Shown piece after piece: positions 36,706 through 48,883 of a stretch of 64,000 bases of DNA. Each line of letters starts with the position of its first letter. Within the stretch, counting starts at the first letter, position 1. The notes beneath the pieces were generated by a model. It was not told the origin of the DNA, made no database searches, and worked only from the letters and a program-made list of their open reading frames with translations. The DNA comes from Heteronotia binoei (taxonomy: Eukaryota), in NCBI RefSeq assembly GCF_032191835.1, contig NC_083239.1:20708001-20772000 (forward strand), written 5' to 3'. The position numbers and the translations under genes were made by a program.

Positions 36706-37221
36706 CTTTCTTCCCGTTATTGGAAGGTGTGGATTTCCCACTGTCTGAGTTGAGTTCAAAGACTCGCAGATCCGTGGGTGCATCCTCCCGCACAGTCTCT
36801 ATCCTGTTTGCCGGCTTACTCTCCACTTGCTCCTTGGGCTTCTCTGGAGAAGGCTTCACCTCCTGTGAGGCTGGAGGCGGCCGCATGGGCTCCTCTGGCT
36901 TTGGCAATGAGGCTGGCTCTTCTGCACTTGCTTCCTGCAGCCTCTGAGAGAGGTCTCCCGCACCAAAGAGCTGGGCTCCAGTCTGTAAAAGGGAAGTTGG
37001 CACGGCCAGGGGGTTTGCAATCTGAGTCACCAAGGAGACACTCTCGCTGCTTTCTGATGGGGTTACCTCCACTGGGGTGCTCAGCATAGCCCAGCTTTCC
37101 ACCGATGCCTCCAGGGTTGGAGTGTCAAATTCCACAGAGATGGGGGAGGATGGCTTCATCTCTTGGGGAGACTGTATGTCAACGTGAGATTGGGGGGCTG
37201 GCGATGACCCGAGGAATTCCT
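36706..37221 (-). CDS. BSDC1: BSDC1 exon 9
   Basis: GCAACAG|AG; contains VTPSESSESVSLVTQIANP and APTDLRVFELNSDSGKSTPSNNGKK G|GTGAG; 516 nt. Confidence 0.93.
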
Positions 37222-38294
37222 CTGTTGCAAGAGAGGCAGGAGGAGGGGGAAAAGGACAGCCAAAGGGTTTGACTGATGGCATAACAGGCAGCAAACAATT
37301 TACACTGGAAGAGCACAGTGGAGTGTTTAGTGGATAAAAGCCCTCTTCCTTCCATTTTCCCTCCCCAGTTTAAGACAAGTCAAAACAGAAGAATATATGT
37401 CAGAACTAAACCCAATCACAGAACTTGCTGCCCAAGTGATTCTCTAGAAGGGTGGTGGTCTTATGTCAAGCTTGGCCTATTTTGTATGTCACTTCTGAGT
37501 TCAAAGGACAGGACTGATGCTCCAGCAGGATGTCATTACTGGAAATACTTTGGTCTCCTGCCCCAAAACAGCAAGGACTCATGTGGTGCAAACTTGAGTA
37601 AGCCCAAGAAGAAAGGACAATGCAACATGCCCCAGTGTGTCTGGTGGCCTTACAGGACAGTGAAATGCTTGCAAAGGGCCTCGGTAACCACTAGCTGTGA
37701 TAACCAACACAAGGCCACCAGGCACACTGCCTTCTGTCTCACAGTGATCATGAACATCAGGACCAGATGATGCTGTAACATCGGGTCTGTTCACAATCAA
37801 TTTTTGTCAAGAGAGATTATCACCTCTATAACAATCAACCTGACAGTTTAAACATCAGAATTTGGCCCTAGCATAAATGTAAAGCAATATTTTGTTTGCT
37901 GATGTGCCAACCAACTGTTACAAAAAGCATGAGGAGAGTTCCATGTCAACTGCTTATTACTCTTCCACTCTTCCCTAGATGGAAAGCTTGAGATTGTACT
38001 TTTGAATACCAAAGTGATCTGATTTAACTACACTCAACTAGAAGCAGGGAGTCCTGCTCCTCTTCAAGAATCATCTTTCAGACCAAGTTCTGGATTGGCT
38101 TATACTGGTCAGGGGGTCAGGGGTCCAGTTTTCTATAAAGTTTGCTTATAACCATTTGAGACAAGTTTTCCAAGCATGGTCCAATAATCCCATCAGGGCC
38201 AGAGTTCATATCACTGCATCCCCAACATGCAGCTTTGTTACTGATGTTGATCTGAAAACACTGTAAGCTGATTTGAAGATATCATAAGCTGCAT

Positions 38295-38313
38295 ATTAGC
38301 CACAGTGTATATA

Positions 38314-38346
<33 letters not shown>

Positions 38347-38430
38347 TTTGGCCACTGTGTGACAGAGTGTTGGACTGGATGGGCCATTGGCCTGATCCAA
38401 CATGGCTTCTCTTATGTTCTTATGTTCCTT
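38295..38430 (+). mobile_element. CR1 3' UTR fragment with embedded (TG)n/(TA)n
   Basis: GCCACAGTG...GGCCACTGTGTGACAGAGTGTTGGACTGG...(TTCTTATG)2. Confidence 0.75.
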
Positions 38431-39382
38431 TTCATGTATGTACATGTACATAACAAGACGGATTTCATTATATTATTGCACCTGCTTATTCTTCCCTTAT
38501 GTTTAAGCATGAACCACTTTTTAAATCTTTTCAATAAAGCCTGTGGTTTTACTGGTGTGTTCTACAGCATGTGTGCAGGGGTGGAAACTAATCAAAGGGT
38601 CAAAATTACCTATTTTACTGACTAAAATTAAAAAAAAAACCCGGCCAAATACTGACAAAAACCTGAACAATTTAATTTCAGCCTATCAATAAATTAAAGT
38701 AAAATTGGGACTTTCAAGTAAGTTTCTGTTCCCTGTTCAAGGTCAATAGTAAAAATCATGCATAAAATAATCATGAGAACAAAACATAATTACTTGTCTT
38801 TGCTTTTACTTTATCTTTGGCTTTTTGCTGAAAAAAGAAGTTATTAATGAAATCCTTCATTTCTCAACAGTATTCTACACTGCATCTGCAAGCATTTTTT
38901 TCTTCTCCTTTTCTTCCCTTAAAATTCAGTAACAAAAACAAAAATGCACAAATTGTATTCATAGAAACAAAGAAATATTGACTTTAATTAATGCCCAAGA
39001 TAAAAAAAAATCTGACTTTTTACTGATTTTACTGACCATTTTCCACCTGTGTGGGAGAGACCCCAATCCCAGTCTCAATCAAACTATAAGAGGAGGATTT
39101 GTTCCAGGGTCCTAGTCTGGTTTGAGGACAGGGGAATCAAAGCATCCTTGCAAGGGTGTGGTGGGTCTTTGACAACCTTGGCAGATGCAAGGAAGGGCTT
39201 ATGCCCCGGCCCAGCCACAGGCTGAATACTTCTGGGCATACCAAACCTAAACTGTGGCAGACTATTCAATGTATAGCCCTGAGACTCAAAGCTGACTAAA
39301 AAGTTCTAACAATGAAATAAGGACACACAGCAGACAAAGCCAGTGACTCTCCGGAACTGGGAAGCAATTGCAGCTCACTTAC

Positions 39383-39464
39383 CCTCCTCCTCCTCCCAGC
39401 CTGGTTCCTCGAAGTGAACACTCTGCTCAGCCCGCTGCTTCAGAGCCTCCCTTCGAACTTCCTC
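39383..39464 (-). CDS. BSDC1: BSDC1 exon 8
   Basis: TTTTCCACCCAG|GAG; EEVRREALKQRAEQSVHFEEPGWEEEE + G|GTAAGT; 82 nt. Confidence 0.92.
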
Positions 39465-39871
39465 CTGGGTGGAAAAGAATTCCTACAGCTGAGAGAAGCT
39501 GCCTCAGTGGGTCCCCTGCTGATCAGTAAGACATCACATGGCTCCCTAGTGTCACAAGGTTTTATGTTATCCCTGCCACATGGCAAACATGCATTATGGA
39601 ACAGGACCAGTGTGAGGACATTCTGGAACTGAGATCTATAGGCAAGGTGGGGAAGCCAAGCTGGAGTTGCACCTCTAGGGACTACTAAACAAGGCAAACG
39701 CAAAACAGGACAGACGGGATGGAGATGTAAAGAAGGAACAATGGCCCAGAGAAGGAGGCTACATTCCTTCTAGGGTGCAAATTCACATCTATTTAGTTTG
39801 GAGAAACCTCCCATCCTAACAGGAGAGACAACAAATACCTAGGAAGGATCATCAGAGCCACATGTCAAGAC

Positions 39872-40058
39872 CAATACCCCTTTAAGCTACAGAGTCTTGT
39901 GAGCAAAAATTCTACTTTGTGAATTAAAGCAGAATTAAAGTTGTGAGCTACTGCATAAATTAGCTTGCTCTGGTGCCATTTTCCTGATCTAAGACAAAAA
40001 TGTGTGAGCTGGAGGCTAAAAAACTGAGCTAGCTCACATTAGCTTAGAGAGAACACTG
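39872..40058 (+). mobile_element. hAT-type MITE (CAGTGTTCCCTCTAAGC TIR family)
   Basis: Perfect 8-bp TSD GTCAAGAC (39864-39871 and 40059-40066); second copy at 63522-63710. Confidence 0.85.
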
Positions 40059-40683
40059 GTCAAGACAGTTAGCTCTATGGCTATTTTCAGAGCCCCAGAT
40101 GCTGCAATACCAGCATCAGGTGCAAAGTTTGCTATATCACCAAGAAGCTCTGTTACCAGGTAGACTTCTTGGCCAACAGGGACTATTTAAAAATATACTA
40201 TGTATACTAAAGTTATGGCCAAGCAGCAACCTTGCCCTTGCTGCCTTCTGTCACTGATATGCAGCCACCTCCTTGGCAACCTTGAAGTTTCAGGCAGCTT
40301 GTGATGCTTTTAAACCACAGTGACCAAAGCATTCCCCCAGAATTCTGATAGATAGTCTGCAAGGCTTCCAGAAGTCTAGTCTCTCTCCAGGGACTCCTCT
40401 CCATAAGGCCTGTGGGATGCACACTCTTTGTATTAGTGAAACCACTCAAGGGTCAGGCTTAATGTTTATTCACAAGAAGGCTGCGTATGGAGGAGTGCAC
40501 ATGGAATAAAGGAAAAAGCACTCAATTATTGTCTTTCCCAGAGCTCAGCAACTCTCTCTCTTGAAACATGGTGAAGGACGTTTTCTCCAAATAACCTTTT
40601 GTGCAATATTCAACCGTAGCCTGCATCAAAACAAAACTGCCTGCATACCAGCTCTCACCCTCAGGGCATCTCTGTAAACTTAC

Positions 40684-40752
40684 CTGCTCCAACTGATGGA
40701 CTTTATAGAAGTAGCGTTGCCAGAACTCTGAGTGGGACACAGCCACTGGTAC
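40684..40752 (-). CDS. BSDC1: BSDC1 exon 7
   Basis: TGACTCAG|GTA; VPVAVSHSEFWQRYFYKVHQLEQ|GTAAG (BSD domain); 69 nt. Confidence 0.95.
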
Positions 40753-41160
40753 CTGAGTCATCAGAAGGAAACAGAAGAATAAGCAAAGAATGAGGACTTT
40801 ATTGGTATGGCTTCCCTGAAACAAAGTTACATATGAAAGATCTCTTCCTGGGCCATCTCATCAAGTTAACCCCAACTACAGACACCTAGGCTAAACACTA
40901 AATCTGTCACTCTTGGATCCTTGGCAACCCCAGTCAGAATGGAAGCTACCAGTTCCCTACTGACAAGAACTCTGCAGAGGAACCGGAAATGAAGTATTTT
41001 CTCCTTTGTATGATTAGTGCTTTAGTGGAGCAGCCTTGGCCTACTCTTCTAAAGACTGACGAATGCCCTACTTCCACCCATAATGTGCTCAGGTAACACC
41101 ACAAAAGCCCAGTATCAGCAGTGGCTGCAGGAGAACAAAGCTACACTGGGGCCACCTTAC

Positions 41161-41276
41161 CATTTTGGTGTACAGCGAGCGGATGGATGGGCTGCTCCCC
41201 AGCAGTTCTGAGATCTCTTTTTTCTTCTCTTCTAGGTTGAAGTGTAACAGCCAGGCCTCAAACAGCTCAGAGGGTC
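41161..41276 (-). CDS. BSDC1: BSDC1 exon 6
   Basis: CCCACAG|GA; (G)PSELFEAWLLHFNLEEKKKEISELLGSSPSIRSLYTKM|GTAAGG; 116 nt. Confidence 0.95.
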
Positions 41277-42994
41277 CTGTGGGGAGGGAACCAAGACCCT
41301 CAGACCAAAGCTGCAAGTAACCAATGCACACTCAAAGGAGTGAAACACACAGAGGTGTTATTGGAGACATTTGATGCCACAACTGTAGTCACCCACAGGG
41401 GAGCGCAAAATACTGCATTATCGTCTATTATTCCACTCAGAATAACCAGATGCATGAGGAAATTGCATTCTTTTCATCACAGGAAGAGCAACATGGATCC
41501 AGTCACAGGACATAGAAGCAGCAGCTGGAGTGAGTTGGTTTCCCTGCCCCAATTGCCAGTTGTTTTGGCACTGCAGTATGCTCCAGCCTCCATCATCAAT
41601 GAGAAGATGAAAGGCCACAGGACAGTCATGTCATCTCCCTCCAAACAGGATGAGAAGCCAAACTGGACATAAATGCAGAGGACCAACCTGATCTCTGTCT
41701 ACCATTTTCCTCACTCATCTTTCCTTGTAAATTTTGCCTTTTTTGCTTGTGAACTGCAGGGAAGGCCAGTTATCTCTTTACTCGTGGGCGTTACTTTGAC
41801 AATCATCTCAAAAACAGGACAAAAATATGGCCAGTGGCAGTACTTTGTGACCGATGGAAGGGACAAAGACAATGTGAATCTGCTTTCCCTGTAAAGGAAG
41901 TTTAGATCCCAGTGAGAGTTAAACTTGGCCTCCTTAAATCTCCCATTTAATTTTAATTTAATTTAATTTGCATTTATACCCCGCCCTATCCCGCAAAGCA
42001 GGCTAAGGGCAGTTAACAACATTAAAACATTACACTAACAATAAATAAACATGTCAAATTAAACACAATTTTAAAATCTCATAATACATACAGATTAAAA
42101 TAAGAAGACCATGATTCTACCAAAGGTACAGCCTGAGGCCATAATTCAGCAGCTGGTACAACTTAGTAAAGCTTCAGATCATTGATCCAATTGGGATCCA
42201 AAGCAACTTACATCATTCTTGCCTCTCTTTTATCCTTACAACAACCCTGTCAGGTGGATTAGGCAGAGTGCATGCAACTGGCATAATGTCACTAAGCAAG
42301 TTTCATGGCAAAGCGGGCATCTGAACTTGGATCTCCCAAATCCTAGTGTGACACTTTAACTGCTACACTATGCTGGGATCTCTGACCAAATAAAGTGAAG
42401 TCTGCCTATCTGTGTTGGATGACCAGCACAGCAGAAGAGCCCAGATGGACCAGATGGATATTCCATTAGCAGATGATTGCCAGCATTTGATTATAAACCT
42501 CAAGAGAGGCAGTACAGATCTCAGCACTACAACTCCCACCAACAAAGTCCTTTGTATGCACTATTTAAAAGACTTGCAGGGTTTTTTCCTGTCCCAAACT
42601 CTACTGAATTGGATGAGACAAATTGTGAGCATTTCTGAGACAGGGGGGAAAGTGTATCCCATGACAATTTTATGAACCTTTAGCAAGTCACGATAATAGC
42701 AGACCTACATTCAGATCAAGTAATGATTTTGGGAGTATGAGCTTTCAAGAATCAAGGTTCCCTTTGTAATTGTAGTTCTTTTAAACTGGAAGCCCCCTTG
42801 TCTCTGTCTTCACAGAGAAGATGCTGATGCAACCCCCCACCACACTCCACCTGCAAGACCCAGTCGTGAAGACAAGAAGGTATGGAGGTACAAGGAAAGG
42901 AGACAGCTACTCAAACAGTTCCAGCCAGGGGCAACAATCGGAAGGTTTCTGGAGTTCTGGCCCCACTAGTGGGCCTCCTGATGGCACCTGGTTT

Positions 42995-43070
42995 TTGGCC
43001 ACTGTGTAACAGAGAGTATTGCACTGGTTGGGCCACTGGCCTGATCCAACATGACTTTTATGTTCTTATG
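42995..43070 (+). mobile_element. CR1 3' tail fragment
   Basis: TTTTGGCCACTGTGTAACAGAGAGTATTGCACTGG...CCTGATCCAACATG...TTCTTATG. Confidence 0.7.
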
Positions 43071-43690
43071 CCACCCTTATGTATCTACAGACTACTCATT
43101 CCATCCTCTCTGGAACAAGCAGGCGTCCACCTGTAGACTTCCCACCTGTCTGCCTTGCCTTATATATCTAAAGCAGAAGTGAGGAAAGCTCAGGTTATTG
43201 GGTGTAGCCTGGTAATCCCAAGGCCTATTCCTCCACCCTCCACTTCTGCAATCCTGTCACTAGCTCAGCTGCCTTCCTCCTCTGCACAGAGGAGACAAAC
43301 AGGCAGACCTGCCCTGCTAGTTCTGAGGTTGATGTGTGCACTGTCCTTTCTGACCTAAAAGAGAAGCACTTGTGTGCATCCATCCACAATTGAAAAGTGG
43401 AGAAGGGGCTTATGTGGGTTGTCCATGACAACCTCAAAGAGCTGAGATAGCAAGGATAGTTCTGTGTGCCCTTCCCTGGCTGGGCAAAAAGCACTACAGT
43501 AGTGTAGTGGGGAGAATTTATGGGGAAGCAACAACAACAACAGTGGAGGTGGAATGGCAGATGCAAACATGGCTCTCACTAGAGGCAACTCCTCTAGAAT
43601 CCTTATTTACTTGAGAATTTCTTGTCCAGGATACTAGGCACACTTCATGGCCAACCAGGAATTTGAACTTGGAACCTTTTTTTTTTTTTA

Positions 43691-44023
43691 GAGAAGCCAT
43701 GTTGGATCAGGCCAACGGCCCATCCAGTCCAACACTCTGTGTCACACAGTGGCCAAAAATTTTATATACATACACTGTGGCTAATAGCCATTGATGGACC
43801 TCTGCTCCATATTTTTATCTAAACCCCTCTTGAAGGTGGCTATACTTGTGGCCGCCACCACCTCCTGTGGCAGTGAATTCCACATGTTAATCACCCTTTG
43901 GGTGAAGAAGTACTTCCTTTTATCCGTTTTAACCTGTCTGCTCAGCAATTTCATCGAATGCCCACGAGTTCTTGTATTGTGAGAAAGGGAGAAAAGTACT
44001 TCTTTCTCTACTTTCTCCATCCC
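43691..44023 (-). mobile_element. CR1 LINE 3' end (ORF2 C-terminus + UTR)
   Basis: TRTRGHSMKL...RKYFFTQRVINMWNSLPQEVVAA...FKRGLD is the CR1 ORF2 C-terminus. Confidence 0.9.
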
Positions 44024-44372
44024 ATCCCAACCTTGCCACAATAGAACTCAGCACCCCCACCCATTAGACCAATCCTCAATCATTCCAATCAATTACAGTC
44101 ATGTACCATCCAGAATCATTCCCCATATGCTTTGACTTCTCTATACAGTTCCTTTAGGAAAAAAAAAAACTTCCTTTCTCTTTTGATACAACCTTTATTT
44201 AAGGATTCTGGTCAATCTACCCCACACTTGGCTTTATGAAGGCAAATGGCAAGCCCCCGCAAATGCAAACAGCACTGCTAATAAATGGATGCCTGCCCTG
44301 TTTTATGAACAGCTCTAACACCACACATCTCCCTTGCTCTAACATTCTCACATCAGCCAAACCCTGATTTAC

Positions 44373-44427
44373 CATCTGGTTCATTGCAATAGGTGGCCGG
44401 GTCGGACTGAAGGCTGTATAGCCGGGC
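44373..44427 (-). CDS. BSDC1: BSDC1 exon 5
   Basis: TCTCTTCCAG|GCC; ARLYSLQSDPATYCNEPD + G|GTAAA; 55 nt. Confidence 0.95.
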
Positions 44428-44546
44428 CTGGAAGAGAACAGACAAGGAAATGTGTGTGAACACAAAGAGACCACTGTCCTGTGTGCATAAATCTCCACAG
44501 TACAAGCATAGAAAGACAGGGGGAGGGGAAGCAGCTGAAGAAGCAC

Positions 44547-44714
44547 CTTGGCACTATCGTACAATTCGGTGGTCCCGGAAGGTGTCGCCATCAGAGTTAT
44601 GACATCACAGTCAATAGTCTTGTCTGGCGAAGGTGCGAAGGTGTCTGAGATGACGCCCAGGAAGTTGGAGAGTCCTTTTCTCACTTTCTCTGTTGTGCCC
44701 GAAGAACCCTCGGT
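44547..44714 (-). CDS. BSDC1: BSDC1 exon 4
   Basis: GAGAAG|ACC; TEGSSGTTEKVRKGLSNFLGVISDTFAPSPDKTIDCDVITLMATPSGTTELYDSAK|GTGC; 168 nt. Confidence 0.94.
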
Positions 44715-44976
44715 CTTCTCAAAGACAAAAGAAGGGATGGTAAGGGGGCGGAATGAAAGCAGAGGTATCACAGATAGTGCTAACTTATCCCATTTTTAGT
44801 ATTTGTTGGAGGTGTGATGTAACAAAGTAATACAGAATAGTACATCGTGTTGAAGATTTGATGTAATTAAGTATTACAGAGAAGAATAAAGTATTGCAGT
44901 TGATAGGATATTAGTAAAATATCCTCCCACCCTCTCCCACCTCCATTCCCTTTTTTGGCTCATGGTGCCCACTCAC

Positions 44977-45093
44977 AGCCAGCTTCTCTTTGACCACGCT
45001 GGCAGTGGCTGCGATGGTGCAGGCTGTGTCATGCTGGACCACCTGGCTGAACTCAGTCAAGTCCCGTTTCATGAACTCCAAGGCCTCTGTGGA
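44977..45093 (-). CDS. BSDC1: BSDC1 exon 3
   Basis: GCTGCAG|TCC; STEALEFMKRDLTEFSQVVQHDTACTIAATASVVKEKLA|GTGAGT; 117 nt. Confidence 0.96.
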
Positions 45094-46011
45094 CTGCAGC
45101 AAAGAGAGAGAAGGACAGACTCATCATATTGCTGAGCACACCTACAGTGACCACCAAAGTTCTTTAAAGCTGAAGCCAGAAACCTCTCAGCAAGTCAAAG
45201 GAGTACTGTTCATATTGCTAAGTGTCTGGCAGCTCTTGCCTGTTTGAAGTTTTTACTACAGCTTCACGATCTTCAGATCCTCTACTCTTGGCAGAACGGC
45301 CACCGTCATGGGAAGAGGTGGGCACAAGACACAGTGGTCCTACTGGCTGCCCCAGGACAGTTCCAAGAGTGCAAGTGAAGGAGAACATCTTTCTCTGCCC
45401 AAGAAGAAAAACTGGGCAAGTTCCTTGACTCCAGCAAAGCAACTTTATTCCCTTCTTCAGTCTTTTCCTTATGTTAAAAAGCATATGCTGGGCACTGGCC
45501 AGGGGCAGAAGGAGAGAACTGCTATCATCTTATCATCCATTACAGGCAGGTAATCCACTGCCCTTTAGAGCAGGGGTGTCAAACATGCAGCCCACGGGCC
45601 GGATCTGGCCCACAGAGGGCTCCAATCAGGCCCTCCAACAACTGGCTGTTGTCTGCTTCATTCTCCCTTGCCTGCTGCGTTCGGTTGCCATTTTGTGTTT
45701 CTCCCCAGCAATCAGCCTGCCAGCAAAGCAGCCTTTCTTGGCTCCTTCCCTCTCTCCCTCCCTTTTCCCAAAGGGAGGAGGAAAGAGGAGGAACCTCTGC
45801 CTATGAAAGAGCCTAGCTCTATAGCTCTGCTGGGTGATTAAGTTTGTCAGACTCAATTAATCACCCTGCAGAGCTACTGAGCCCAGCCTCTCTTCCTTCC
45901 CGGCTGAGGCTCCTCCCTCTCCTTGTGCCCTGGGGGAAGGAAGGAAAGAGCCAGAGCTTCCTTTGCCCAGTTCTCACCATCGGGAAAAATACAAAGAGCA
46001 CTTTTAAGACT

Positions 46012-46790
46012 CTCTCTCGGCTTGACTTCGCGAACGAAGATTTAAGAAGGGTGCAGTAGTCCACGTCTGCTGCAGGCTCGCTGGTGGCTGACAAGACCAA
46101 TGCGGGACAGGCAGATCCGGCCACAGTGGCTGCAGGGAAAAGTCTGATTTGGGGTTGGTGCTGTCGTCTCCGGGTCAGCATCAGGCAACCAATACCCTGA
46201 ACCGCCTACATGCAGGATCGGGACTGCGGCCTCCAGTGGCATCTTCCACCTGCCGTTTCGCCCCTTGCCCATCGCTGCAGGACTTGGTGTGTTGTGGGTT
46301 GTGGATGTGGATATGCCCTTCAGGCCTGCGCAGAGGAATTTTTAGGTGAAGCACAGTGTGCGCAGTACTGGCTCCACCCTTTCACCTTGGGGTCATCTGC
46401 CATGGCCCAGTAAGCTGGGACGCCAGCAGCGAGTCCTCCAGGTGGTAGGTGTTACATTAACGAGCTCTATCTGCCCGGGTTTGATGTTAGAGTTTTCCCT
46501 CTCTTGGCTGGCGAGGTTGGTGAGCCCAGCCTGCCCATCCGGTTATACCGCCGGACATTCGGTCGCACCATGACGTGGCAAACTCTGTGAGAAACGGGGG
46601 GGGGACCAGTGGGAAGGTGTTGCCACGGATGCAGTAATGCAGGAGAGGCCACTGCAGTGACCATCTGCCAGGCATAGCCGGACTGTGACCACGCGGCGTT
46701 CACTACACCGGGAAGGAGAGGCTATGTATTGCGCATACACTTTCCCTGGGGGGGCAGGATACCCAAGAGGGAGCCCCCCCTCCCCCCCCA
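46012..46790 (-). mobile_element. Internally deleted RTE-clade retroelement (5' UTR joined to the ORF 3' end)
   Basis: Perfect 12-bp TSD ACTTTTAAGACT (46000-46011 and 46791-46802). C-terminus FPCSHCGRICLSRIGLVSHQRAC typical of RTE; 3' end TAAATCTTCGTTCGCGAAGTCAAGCC(GA)n. Confidence 0.85.
46575..46789 (-). ncRNA. Predicted HDV/CPEB3-like self-cleaving ribozyme at the RTE 5' end
   Basis: Helix order fits the HDV topology: P1 G-run (46789-46782) with C-run (46604-46596); P2 GUGGCAAC / GUUUGCCAC; P3 ACC/GGU; L3 UUCCCACU; G-U after P1'; J4/2 CAGA. Manual fold only. Confidence 0.6.
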
Positions 46791-48822
46791 ACTTTTAAGA
46801 CTAGTGAGGTTTTATTGAAGGTATGAGCTTTTTGCCTTGTTACAGAGAGGGGAGGAGGGAGATTTGTTGGGCTTGTTATGGGTGCAACTGGGTTCCCCTC
46901 ATCTTTTTCATTGTATTAATGCCCTCCAGTCTTTCTCAATAGGAAAGCATGTGAACTAGTTAGAAGAGAAATAACAAGCAAGCATTAGGCTGAGTGTATG
47001 CAGCCCAGGTTTACCCAGGAAATTTCCATTGATTTTTCTTTCACATTTTCCTTTGATTGGGGATCTTGAATTTAGACTTCCCAGATAGTAGGCTGATACT
47101 AATCACTGTACATGGCTGTCTGTTCTTGTACTGCCACATAGGAGTTGTAGTTATTTTTCTGGAGAAGACTATAGTTTTGCAGACAAGCACATAGCCCTCA
47201 ATCTGTGCCATGGTGCCTTCACATAGTCTTGACCAGCACATGAAGCAACTTATGTACAAAAGCTCACAATGCCCAGATGCTTCATGTTTTCCTCTAGGTC
47301 TGAGGCTCAAAGCATTGACTATGAGATCTTTGTAATGAATGTCAATAAATCAAAAGTAGGTTTGCAACTTATAGATGTGCACACTTGAACAACACCTGAA
47401 CAACATATTTAAGATTGGTACAGTACAGGCATTGTCTGCAGCTTTTGATGCAATAATTCATAGCAAGAGATGGCATTTATCAGACTGTAAAACAAAATAT
47501 TCCAAGAGTGCTAATGTTTTAAGTAAAAAAAAAATTGTTTGTGCCCCCTTTATACGGTTTATATGTCTGTTACCTGACATTACATCTTATGACACACATG
47601 GCCTGGCCCGACAAGGTCTTATTTTTGTCAAATCCAGCCGGCATGAGTTCGACACCCCTGCTTTAAAGCATTGTTATTCTGAAGACTCAACAGAAAGCAT
47701 TCACAACTGACTAAATGAGTTTACTATGCTAGTCACTTTGCATAACAAACAAGCAATTATTATTTCCATTTTAATAGCTAAGGAAGTGAGACATAGAGAT
47801 AAGTGACTTGCCCAAAGCCGTTCCGCAATTTGTAACCAAGCAGGAATCTGAAGTTGCATTTCAGCACTCCAAGTCAAACAGCCCTGGCTAGAAAGCCACA
47901 CTGAAGGACAAGCTACACATTACATTTAACATGTAACTGCCATCGGGACTTGCAGCCATGCAGTTTCCCCATGGCAACACAATTTAGAAGTACCACAGGG
48001 ACCCAATTTGTCTTACAAATGCAACACAGGAGGAGCAGAGAAACTGAATCTGAAACACTCCAAGGGGAACATAATTTGCTGTGTCACTCAAGGGATGCAT
48101 GCATACTGACCACTTCCCTGGACTGGTCAAATAAACACCCCATTGGAGCCTTTCAGTCTGGGAAAACAGCGTGATGTGGAGCCTGCTTCCTCATACTGTA
48201 TATCAGCATTGGGCCTGCAACACTTTGAATTGAACTGCTAGACCCTGTAGTAATCATGTGTTAAACATACTGCACAGTTTGGCCTTGAGACTTGATTTAA
48301 GTTTGATGGCTTTGATAAAAGTTGTCTCCACCCAGGGACTCTGCAGTCGCACTGAATCTATTTTGAACTGGACTGCTCCACGTGCACCGCAGCCTTCTTC
48401 TGATTAGGAAAAGGACAGAAGACAGCACATACCAAAAAAACCCCTATGTGGGATGGGAGCAGGATAAAAGGTGGTCAGTCGGTAACAAGCCAGCTTCAGG
48501 AGTATGTGTGCCTTTACCTTCCTGCAAACCCAAGACTTAAATCCACTCATGCACAAAGTAGTCCACTGACTAACCTAATTTTCAAACAGGAAAACAGGCT
48601 CAAAACCATTTCTTCCAGCTCCAGTTTTAAGAAATAGGCTACAACAAGTGAAATCATACACCTCCAAACCAAGAAGCACTCAACGGAACATTCTCACTCT
48701 GGAAGCTGCTCAATCATGCTGTGGAAAAGCCCACACAATTCACTAGTATTTTTGGCTGTGTCTTTCTGACAAAATTCTTCATCCATACCCCTCCAGCTTG
48801 ACAAAAAACAGATGGTACCTAC

Positions 48823-48883
48823 CTTCTCTTTGACAGTTTGAATGCTTTGCTGTAACCAGCTCCTCCACCAGCCTCCATCTTCC
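48823..48883 (-). CDS. BSDC1: BSDC1 exon 2
   Basis: CTGTAACAG|G; (G)EDGGWWRSWLQQSIQTVKEK|GTAGG; 61 nt. Confidence 0.95.

Larger units (their letters stand above)
45571..47660 (+). mobile_element. Non-autonomous hAT (Charlie-like) element carrying a nested RTE insertion
   Basis: TIRs CAGGGGTGTCAAAC / GTTCGACACCCCTG; 8-bp TSD CTTTAGAG / CTTTAAAG; remnant transposase C-terminus near 47335-47490 (MNVNKSK...HLNNIFKIGTVQALS...KRWHLS). Confidence 0.88.

Noticed and set aside
37222-37294. In-frame upstream extension of BSDC1 exon 9 (AG at 37274-37273 would add 17 aa)
   Set aside because: The extension is a pyrimidine-rich acceptor tract with no similarity to known BSDC1; no transcript evidence.
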